64,000 nucleotides of DNA from Felis catus (Eukaryota). Within the stretch, counting starts at the first letter, position 1. The number at the start of each line of letters is the position of its first letter. Below are positions 24,030-33,664 of the stretch, piece by piece. Under the pieces are notes generated by a model that was not told the origin of the DNA, searched no databases, and worked only from the letters and a program-made list of their open reading frames with translations. The translations under genes and the position numbers were made by a program. The stretch spans positions 42,844,001 to 42,908,000 of the forward strand of contig NC_058368.1 in NCBI RefSeq assembly GCF_018350175.1. Direction: 5' to 3'.

Positions 24030-25698
24030 TTTGTCCTCCTCATAGTCCTCCATGGCAGCTAGCCCCACAAAATCATCTTCGGTGGCCCCATGAGGCCGTG
24101 ATGCTGGTTGGTACCAGCCCTGGACCACATGGGCTCATTATTTCTGCTTGGGGCCCTGCTAAGAATTACCCAGCTGCAGGAGTCACTCATTTTTCTAGTG
24201 GCTTTCCTGACAACAGTGACCATGCTAACTCTGTCCCAACTTTGGTCCTGGGCAAGGTGATCCTCCCCACCATTCCCCCTTTTGGCCCCGGCCTCACCCT
24301 GTGGGGCACCTTTCCAGGAGCATTCCAAATACTCCACAAAGGCAGCAGCTAACATGTCTGCCCTTTTCTGCATCATCTGGCATTCTTCCCTCTGTGCCGC
24401 CTGGTTATGGTTGACAGACACCTAAGTTGCTACTTCCAGCAACTGACTAGCATTCATGACAGTGAAACCCTCTAGCATTTGCAGCTTGAGCTGGATGTTC
24501 CCTTCAGCCTGACCTGCAAAAGCCTCATTGACCATCCATTGATTACTGAGTGGTTCTGTATCAAAGGGGGTATAGAGACAAAATGCCCACATAGTCTCTC
24601 ATAGAACTGGCTCGGGCTCTCCTCAGGTCCTTGCCATTTAGAAGGGCTTCTTGATACTGTTCAGTCCTTGTGAGCCCTCCATCTACACTTGGGTCATCTG
24701 GGTCCCTTTTGGGGTACTCCCCAGGGAAGTGAGCCCAAGCATAAGCCTGGGTGTCTAGTGGCCCAGCTGGGGCATATTCCTCTAGCCATTTTAGGGCCGC
24801 CTGAGTAATTTGGCAATGCTCCTCCATGTTGAAGAGGGTCAGGAGGAGTTGGCGGCAGTCTGTCCAGGTAGGTTTATGGATTTGAATTATGGACTGCATT
24901 AGTTCAATCATAGCCTGGGGGCTTCTCCATTTAGGAGGGAGTAAGTGCTTCCAATTTATGAGGTCCGTAGTGGTAAAGGGTTTTGACACAAAAACATGCT
25001 GGCCTCCTCAGATCTGGGCTTCCTGATCATAATAGACAGGTCTCCTAGTTTCCCTCAGTGGCATCTATAGGGCTCCCTGGTGTTGCTGTAGAGGGACTGT
25101 CTCCACTGGCCTGATCTTCTAGTTTCCTTCTGGGAGGGGTGTTATGGGGTTAGGACCCGTGGTCCGGGTGAGCCCGTCACATCTGGAGAAGCCAGTGGTT
25201 CTAGAGGTGGTGAGGCCTCAGGACTAGGGAAAAGCTCTGGTGGGGTTTCAGAAGCCAGGGTGGCTAGAGATGCATGTGGCAGGCAGTGAGGGGTACGTTG
25301 GGGCATATGGTGGTGGGATCCCCTCAGGCTCTCCTGATAGTACAGGTTTTTCACTTTTTAGTTGGCATTTGGAGGAAACTGAGGCCTGAGCCATCATAAC
25401 TTTATAGTTCTCTTCCATACAGAGTTTTAGCCAAGGCAGTTGGGATAGTATCAGGTCTGGCCAACGGTCAATGTAAGGAAATTGGTCAGGGTGGAACCCC
25501 CAATGACCCTGAACACTCAGCCAACTAGTTCCTTATCAAGTGAGCTCTCAGAGGGCCAGCCCATCCCTACTGATCAATTTCATAGACTGTCCGGAACTTT
25601 CCGGAAGTTAACTTCACACTATAGTCTCTTAAATATCCCTTTTTGAAATTACTCAACATACACTCTAGTGGAATCAGTTTACTCTGCTTTCCACCCAT
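24030..25698 (-). pseudogene. gag: ERV gag, disrupted (MA-CA-NC)
   Basis: Starts MGGKQSKLIPLECML (Gly2, myristoylation type); CA segment PFTTTDLINWK...HKPTWTDCRQLLLTLFN; major homology region remnant QGPEESPSQFYERLC (~24590-24635); decayed CCHC knuckle ~24180-24235; multiple frameshifts and stops. Confidence 0.9.
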
Positions 25699-26326
25699 GT
25701 CCTCCCCCTAACAGACAACTTTTATGAACAAAAGAGGAAAAAGGGGGGAGGGAGGGACTAATCTGGAGAGGACAACACTCGCTTCATCTGTTTCTGGCCA
25801 CTCTCCTCTCAGAGACATTTCAGGCACCTCTTAGTATTGGCAGGATCAGTATTACTCCCTGACCCCAATCAGACTCCTGAGGAAGTCTGACGCCACCTTA
25901 AGACGAATGAGGTGGCCACGGAACCGCAGATCGGGACTCGCTTTGGTCCCAGGCTAGGTCGAAACCTCTCTGCTGTCTGTTTCACACACAGTCACACGGC
26001 AACTCCAACCTGCTGCCCAGTGCCTTAGAGTTGCGGTTTCATTCCTTATTCTTTACAGAACTACTCAGGCAACTCTGGGAAGTTATCAGGCCCCCTTCTT
26101 CCTCCTAGGGGCAGGTCTACCAAAACGAACGCAGGTTTTTACCAGTCTGATGGGGGGCGCTCCCCGAGGTGGTTTCTGGGCCTCACGGGGTTCCTTTGTG
26201 CATCCAGGGCCCTTGCCTTGGGGCACCGCTGGGAGGTCCTAGTCTCCTGTGGATTAAGCCGTCCACTGGCACCAGGCAAGGTCACTTCTCCTGGTGCCCT
26301 GAGGTTTGTACCCACAAACACCCCCT

Positions 26327-26344
26327 GCTGGATTCGAGCCCCCA
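26327..26344 (-). other. Primer binding site, tRNA-Pro-like (degenerate)
   Basis: Minus strand TGGGGGCTCG-AATCCAGC; the first 10 nt match the canonical Pro PBS TGGGGGCTCGTCCGGGAT; lies 4 nt after the LTR terminal CA. Confidence 0.7.
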
Positions 26345-26348
26345 AAAA

Positions 26349-26659
26349 TGTAACAGGACTGAGGTTCGCACAGAGAATCATGACACAGAGGCTTTTTCTT
26401 TCCAGGAGGCAACTTCATTGGTGCGGGCATGGGCTCAGTGGGTTCATACCCAAAAAACTGAGCCCCGGGCACAGTGGGGTGTAGCCTTTTATACAATTTC
26501 TACTTCTTTGTCTCCCAAACATGGTGATATACAGACATACAGTCTGATTGGGTGGTTTATGTTAGAGTCATGAGGAATGTCACCTATGCACACATAGCCA
26601 GATTGCCTTCCCTTGTGGTGAGGTCTTCACCACATTCCTTAAGGAGGGACTCTACTACA
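26349..26659 (-). mobile_element. 5' LTR of the provirus
   Basis: Minus strand starts TGTAGTAG and ends GTTACA; CCAAT box (plus attgg ~26547); TATAAAA at 26493-26487; degenerate poly(A) signal AATGAA; PBS follows after a 4-nt spacer. Confidence 0.95.
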
Positions 26660-26663
26660 GAAG

Positions 26664-27800
26664 CAGCAAATTAATTAACGGAGGAGAGAGTCCAGATATT
26701 GTTCTGAATATTAGAAAATTTTATATACTAAATTTTATATACTAAATATACTAAATAATAGAAAATTTTATATACCTAATTGTGGCATTTCAAATCAGAA
26801 GGAAAAGAATTGATTATTTTACTATCATATTGGTTTAATTGGCTAGCTTGTGGAATTTCATACTAAAAAATATCAACCCTTCTCATACTATATGAATAAA
26901 CAAATTCCAGATAATTTAAAATTCTCAATTTTAAACTTGAAACAACCAAAAATATCAAATAAAATATTTATACACTATTGGGGTAGAGAAAACATTCCTT
27001 ACCAAACTAGATCTAGAAAGAAATATACTAATATTATTTGGCCTTTTTGTGTGTTATATATTAATGATTTGAAACTTTTAACGTGAATAATGTTAAAAGT
27101 AACAAGCATCAGATTTATAATAAATACAGTATTTATAACATGCATAAAAAGGTGAGTATGTATAATGCATAAAATACTTCTATGAATTAATATAATAATT
27201 ATTATTATTCTAAAATTACAATAAACATGGACAAAAGATCTGAGAAGGCAATTCACTGAAGAAATAAAAATAGTCCAACTATGATAATACATCTAACCTT
27301 AAAACTATCAATGAAAAGGTAAATTAATAACAACAGTAAAATATTAAAACATTTCACTATATATATGGAAATGTTTAACAAAGGATATATTGAAAGAGTG
27401 CTGATAGATGTAATGTATAAATTATTATAGATTTCCAAAGGGCAATTTATTAATATCTCTTAGTATTTAAATTGACATATTTTGATTTCTACTTCCACCT
27501 TTAATATCATGTTATATAAAAATAGCATATAATCAAAGGTATATGCACATATTATGTTATAATTGTATATATAGTTATAAGTATTATTTATACTATTTAA
27601 TGTTTGTCAAGGAGCCAAATATTCACCACTATGTAGACAGTTAAATAAATAATGAAACATGTTAATGTGAAATTATATATGTGCATTGTTAAATTGGAAA
27701 ACCAACACAATATTTTATTGAATATCAAAACAAGTCACAAAAGAAGTTTGCAGTATGATTCCTCATTTATATATAGGTTCTTAATTACAGAAGAGAATGA
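26664..27800 (+). mobile_element. Ancient L1 remnant; continues the L1-like sequence left of the provirus (~17600-18017)
   Basis: Degenerate ORF2/3' motifs (gagagtccagata, gcatttcaaatcagaaggaaaaga, aaacatggacaaaagatctgagaaggcaattcactgaagaa). Confidence 0.6.
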
Positions 27801-27867
27801 GAAAATACATGCATAGCTGTACTGTCTGCTTTTGCCTCTGATGACAGGAGTGTTTATGATATATATA

Positions 27868-27911
27868 CAGTAAAACCTTGGATTGCAAGTAACTTGTTCT
27901 GCGAGTGTTCC
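27868..27911 (+). mobile_element. Terminal fragment of a TcMar-Tigger-type non-autonomous DNA transposon
   Basis: TA|CAGTAAAACCTTGGATTGCAAGTAACTTG start, typical of a Tigger-like TIR at a TA target; the rest is replaced by (TA)n. Confidence 0.6.
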
Positions 27912-27968
<57 letters not shown>

Positions 27969-27971
27969 TAC
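27912..27971. repeat. (TA)n microsatellite
   Basis: TA run with single interruptions. Confidence 0.95.
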
Positions 27972-28423
27972 ATGCTGAAGCAAGATTTCAAATGTTATTC
28001 TTGTGACACTTTTTAATTAAAATTGTAAAGGCATGCTTTGTAATTTAAAAATTATTTGTTTCATATCCTGGATTGTTGACATTAGCATATTTCAGAAACT
28101 TCAATCATATAGGAGAACATAGAGACATTTTTCAACCAAATTCTCAATTTCAGCATTATATCTTTTGTTTATATGAATCTATTTTTGTTTTAATTCCCCA
28201 AATCTCTAAATCTGATTTTAAATTGTCAATAGATGTTTCCAGGAAGAATTGTAAAATAGATTTAAATAAGCTATTTAAACACTGCCAAAGTGGAACACGG
28301 AAATAAATTATCATTTTACTACATTGCTCTGATCTATCAAGTAATTTCAGGAAGTGGGTATCCAGTTAATCAAATTGAACTTTCTTGTTCTGGTCAGTCA
28401 TATACTGTCCAAACACATTCTTC

Positions 28424-28537
28424 ATATATATACATGTACATATACATATATATACATACGTATGTATATATATGTCATATACATATATATACATACGTAT
28501 GTATATATATGTATATATGTGTGTGTATATATATATA
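28424..28537. repeat. TA/CA/TG compound microsatellite
   Basis: Alternating purine-pyrimidine tract with an internal duplication (atatacatatatatacatacgtatgtatatatatgt x2). Confidence 0.9.
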
Positions 28538-29642
28538 TTTATTATTTTTTCTTTAATCAGGACTATGGCAAATCAAAAAAGGAGCATAGTGCTCCATCAG
28601 TGAAGGACTTCATGTTCTCTCCCACTCTCAACAACAAAATGGTAGTTTATTAAAAAGCAGGCTAGAAGGATTACTGAAGAGAGGAGAGGTAGAGAACTTC
28701 CAGAGAAAAAATCATTTGTGTCCCAATCACATTTTGTCCTAGAGCAAAATTATGTCTTTACTTGTTTTTGGCAGATAATCAACATTATCCACTAACTTTT
28801 GTTGCTATCAGTGCAGCAGGTGAGCAGATGGAAAGCGGGAATGATTTGATGGATGTGGAGTTCAGGAAGAACAGGCAGCTGCTCTGAGCCATACTCACAC
28901 CAGGTGAGGACTTGAGGGGAGATAACAATGACTGCACAGGGTTTTCTTTCTTGGCAAAAACCGTTATTTGGCATGGAAGAAGCAATTTCAATATGCTGGT
29001 TGATGACTCTACAATGGAGACACATACTTATTACAGAGGCAAGTGTTATCCAATAGACTTCCAGGAGTCTTGATATAGATTTCTCAATAGACACATGTGT
29101 GCAGGAAATTTTTACGTCTTATGTTTGCATGAGAAATCCTCAGTTATCTTCCTTGGAATCACTGTGACAATTTTAGGATGTAGATGATTAAAAAAATTAT
29201 TTTAGCTGATAAGATTTTAGTTTCTCTGAATTTTCTATTTGTGGTGCTAAGTTTCAACATATGAGAATCAAGCTAAGTTTTACCATTGCTTTCTTGTGAT
29301 CAAGGCTGAATTATGACTGCTCTTCAGTATTATTTTTATTATACATTGTAAACAACTTTAGGAAAGCTATATTTAAAAATAATAAATGGTTTCTTTTTTT
29401 GTGGAATATTTAAAAAGGTAAAGGTATATGAAAAAATGTAAACAAAAGCTTTCTTCACAGATAAGGCAGTCCAAGTCAGAGTCTTACATTATAGTCTCAG
29501 AATCTCAAAGGACTACCCAACAAAAGTAAGGAATTTGTGAGTAAGCATGAAATTTTAAAATGTTTAAGAAAAATAAAAATAAATATATCATATATGAAAT
29601 GATGACAGTATTCTGATTTTTATAATTTAAAATATTACATTA

Positions 29643-29842
29643 TTTTTTTAAGTTTATTTATTTTCAGAGTGACAGAAAGAGTGTGAGCAGGGGAGGGGCA
29701 GAGAGAGAGAAAGAATCCCAGTCAGGATCTGCATCACCAGCACAGTACCCAACATGGGACTTGAACCACAAAACTGTGAGATCATGACCTGAGCCAAAAT
29801 CAAGAGTCAGGCTCAGACCTGACTGAGCCACCCAGGTGCCTG
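29643..29842 (-). mobile_element. CanSINE
   Basis: SINEC body; TSD taaaatattacat / taaaatattatat. Confidence 0.92.
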
Positions 29843-30083
29843 TAAAATATTATATTCTTAAATAAAATATTAAACTGATTCAATTTTCCATCTCACCCAC
29901 TCCAATAAAATCATTCTTTCCAAATCACTAAAGCTTCAGCTTCCCAATTGCATTGATCTACTACTCAGTCCTCTTAACTTCTTACCCAAGGAATTGAGAG
30001 ACTGCACCCCTCCTCTCTGAAGAGTTAACAAAAAGGTAGGTGGATTTCACAGGTGGAGAGAATGTGAAAACATGGAGAAACAA

Positions 30084-30300
30084 GGGGCACCTAGGTAGCT
30101 CAGTTGGTTAAGCATCTGACTTCGGCTCAGGTCCTGATCTCATGGTTTGTGGGTTCAAGCCCCACATCGGACTCAATGCTGACAGCTCAGAGCCTGGAGC
30201 CTGCTTCAAATTCTGTGTCTCCCTTACTCCCTCTCTACCTCTCTCCTGCTTGCGGTCTTACTCTCTCTCAAAAATAAGTAAACATTAAAATTTAAAAAAA
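30084..30300 (+). mobile_element. CanSINE
   Basis: ggggcacctaggtagctcagttggttaagc head; TSD aaaacatggagaaacaa / aaaacatggagtaacaa. Confidence 0.95.
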
Positions 30301-30317
30301 AAAACATGGAGTAACAA

Positions 30318-33300
30318 TATACAAGGTGATTAGTTTCCTTTGTTTTTGCTTCCCTGGGTTCCTCTCACAACTTTGGCCTGAGGGCCTTGTGTTGGAGCTG
30401 CATGGCAGAACAATGGTGTGGGTAGCTAAATTTTGAAAAGAATATGATCTTCCTTGACAGAGGTATCAGTAAATATGTGCCTTGTGGACCAGAGAGTATG
30501 GGGGAAATTTCACGGAAGAGAGATCTGAAGAAGGAGATACTCTGGTTTTGTGTATGCTCCCCCAGAAAACCTTAGACTCACCTCTGAACTGTGTATGTGA
30601 GGGATAGACCCTAAGAGGCATAGAAAAAAGGATTCAGAACTGAAATAAGATTTAAACCATGATCCAAGTTTTTGACAAATTTCCGAGTGGAGAATGTGTT
30701 GAACAGAGCCAAAATAGTTCAGCAAAGCCTTGACAGCAACCACTTCTTACAGAAGGCAAGACAGAATTTGTAATCTGAAGGTAAATTGGTTGATTATCTG
30801 CTAAAACTGGTGAAGAAACCAAAACAAAACAAAATCAACATTTTTTACAAGATTGCAATAGGACCCAGATTGCAAGCAACCTAATATTTGAAATGTCAGG
30901 ATACAATTCAAAATATCTCAACATACAAAAAACCAGGAAAATGTGACCAATTCTGAAAGCAAAAAACAATCAATAGATGTCAATCTTCAGATGACTAAAA
31001 ATCTGGAATTACCTCAAAAATATTTAAAGAAGCTATTATAACTATGCTACATGAATTAAAGGTAAATACAAATGAAATTAATGAAAAGATATATGTTATC
31101 AGCAGAAATATAAAAACTATAAGGAAAAAGTACAGGGAGGTTCTCAAGAAATTAAAAATAGAATTACCATACTATTCAGCAATCCCATTTCTAGGTATAT
31201 GTCCAAAAGCATTGACTGACATCAGGAACTCAAAGAAATATTTCTCAATGTTCATTATAGCATTATTCACAATAGCCAAGATTGGAAACAAACCAAATGT
31301 CCATCGACAAATGAATGGATAAAGAAAATATGGTATATACTTACAATATAATATTATTCAGCCTTTTAAAAAAGTTTATTCTATCATATGCAACAACAAA
31401 GATATACCTGGAAGGCATTATGCTAAGTGAAACAAGCCAGTTACAGAAAAATAAATATGGTATGATTCTACTCATACAAGGTATCCAAAATAGTCAAACT
31501 CATGGAAGCACAGAACAAAATGGTAGCTAGGGCCTGGGGTTGGGGGGGGGTGGAGAAAATGGGAAGTTTTTGTTCAACAGATAAGAGGTATCAGTTATAC
31601 AAGATGAATAAGTTCTAGAGATCTGCTGTATAGTGTAGTGCCAATGGTTAGCAATACTGTATATGGGCTTTATTTGTTAAGAGGTAGAATTCATGTTGGG
31701 TATTCTTACCATATTTTTTTTAAAAAGAACTAATTGGAAGTATTAGATAAAAATTACAATAGCTAAAATACAAATTTCACTAGATGATGAATGGAGATTA
31801 CAAAGGAAAGAAGGACTGATCTTTCAGTAAGATTAACAGAACACATCCAATCAAATGAACAAAGAACAAAAAGATTGAAAAAATGCATAGAACCTAGGAA
31901 CCTATGGGATAATCTAAAAAGGTTTAAAGTTTATGTCATTGGAGTTCTAGGAAGAGAGGAGAGAGTGGGGCAGAAAGATATATTTGTAGAAATAATGATG
32001 GAAGACTTCCCAAGTGTGGTGAGAGACAGCAGCTTGAAGACTAAAGAAGTCCAATTCAAGATACAAATCTCAAAAAGGACAAATTTAAAGAAAATTATGC
32101 TTAGACACATCATAATCAAGCCTCTGAAAACCAAAAATAAAGAAAAATGTTTGAAGCACCTAGAGTAAAATAGATTATGCGTAGGGGAATAAGGATTTGA
32201 ATAACTCTGGATTTCTCATCAGAAACCAAGAGACCAGGAAACAGTTGAATGACATATTTAAATTGCTAAAGAAAAAAAAATATGCCAAGCTAGAATTCTG
32301 TATCCATATCCATGTCTATGTCTATATTGCATCTATCTATATCTAAAGGTCTAAAAACATAGACTTCTAATAAAGGTCTAAAAACATAGACCTTTCAGCA
32401 TCCATATTTTTACCTACCTATATATATCATCTACATCTCTTTCCGTCCTTCAGGAATTAAGTGAAACAACTCCACTATTAAAAAAAATGAAATAATTTGT
32501 TAGAAGAACTGCTCTAAAAGAAATATTAAAGGAAATCCTTCATGTAAGTTCTTCAAGTAAGAGCAGAACACAAGGTTAATGTAAGCAATAAATTATATTT
32601 TTGGTTATTTGGATATGTGGAGATTCCGTATTTGGAAATTGCAATGTATAATTTATAACAGTAACAAAATACATTAAATACTTAGGTATAAACCTAAGAA
32701 AATACATGTAGAACTTATGTGCTATAGAATACAAATCACTAATAAGAAACATTAAAGAAGACTTAAGTACTTGAAATATATATCGTCTTTGTGGATTGGA
32801 AGATTATGTATTGTTAGAATATCGATTTTACCACATGAATCTTAACATTCAATCCTAACCAATCAAAATCCAAACCAATCGAAATCCTATTAAGACTTTT
32901 TGTTGAGTTTTATATGCTATTTTAAAAATTTATATGGGTGCTCAATGGAACTAGAATATCCCAAACAGTTAAATAGTAAGGCCAAGAATTCATACTACCT
33001 AATCAGGATGTATTATAAAGTTATGCTTATCAAGACTGTGTATGAAAGACTCTTAAATAAAAGCTACAGAATACAGTTCCAGGAATACACCTGAAGATAT
33101 ATGGCTAGTTGATTTTCAACAAAGGTGTTTATGCAATCCAATGATATAGAATAATCTGTTTAACAAATGATGTTGTAATAATTAGATATCCATAAACAGC
33201 AACAGAAATAACTTCAAACCATGTCACAAAATCTTTTACAAAAATTAACTCAGAATGGATTGTAGACCTAAATCTATAAAACGACTAGAAGAAAACCTCT

Positions 33301-33660
33301 GAGGAAATCCTTGTGACATCTGATGAGGTAAATATTTCTTAGACCTATTAGATAAAGCACAATCTATTTTTTAAAGATATATAAATTCATTATTATAGGA
33401 ACTAAAATAGATAAGGAAAAGATTCTTAGAGAAGATAATTGAGAAATTGGATTTAATAAAAGTTAAAATTTTTGTGAGAGAATAAAAAGATAAGATTTGG
33501 AGAAAATATTTGCAAAACACATATCAAACAAAGTACTTGTATCCAGAATATGTAAAGACTCTTTAAATCTCATTAATAGGAAAATAAGCAACCCTTTAAA
33601 ATTAGTTGGCCAAAGATTTGAAGTTACTACGACAGAAAAGATATATAGATGATAAATAAA
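30318..33660 (+). mobile_element. Old L1 (5' region, ORF1 remnant, internally deleted ORF2) with a nested L1 3' end
   Basis: ORF1p-like peptide 31791-32168 (RNLWDNLKRFKVYVIGVLGREE..IFVEIMMEDFP..LRHIIIK); ORF2 3' motifs 32560-33660 (aaatacttaggtataaaccta, attaactcagaatggattgtagacctaaat). Confidence 0.8.
31128..31722 (+). mobile_element. L1MA-type 3' end nested in the older L1
   Basis: ttctcaagaaattaaaaatagaattaccat...aagttctagagatctgctgtata...gtattcttacca are typical L1MA 3' end motifs, placed within ORF1-region sequence. Confidence 0.8.
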
Positions 33661-33664
33661 CCCC

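Larger units (their letters stand above)
18018..26659 (-). mobile_element. Full-length defective class I (gammaretrovirus-like, ERV3/HERV-E-related) endogenous provirus: LTR-PBS-gag-pro-pol-env-PPT-LTR
   Basis: Two homologous LTRs in the same orientation (18018-18329 and 26349-26659); GAAG directly flanks both ends (18014-18017 and 26660-26663), i.e. a 4-bp TSD; gag, protease, RT, RNase H, integrase and env motifs occur in order on the minus strand with many stops and frameshifts. Confidence 0.97.

Noticed and set aside
26139..26573. ORFs spanning the proviral leader and 5' LTR on both strands
   Set aside because: They cross the PBS/LTR boundary in GC-richer DNA, where open frames arise by chance; no protein-like features.
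18018..26659. APOBEC3 hypermutation, suggested by several apparent TGG-to-TAG/TGA changes (env WP*E, NC H*K, RT LT*TR)
   Set aside because: Many Trp codons are intact and overall divergence is high, so a few such changes are expected by drift; cannot be supported without a consensus.
28290..28653. Overlapping Y/I/H-rich ORFs
   Set aside because: Translations of TA/CA microsatellite; the same applies to ORFs at 9670, 27735 and 57319.
30084..30160. tRNA gene-like A/B boxes
   Set aside because: These are tRNA-derived CanSINE heads followed by SINE body, tail and TSD; the same holds for all other copies.
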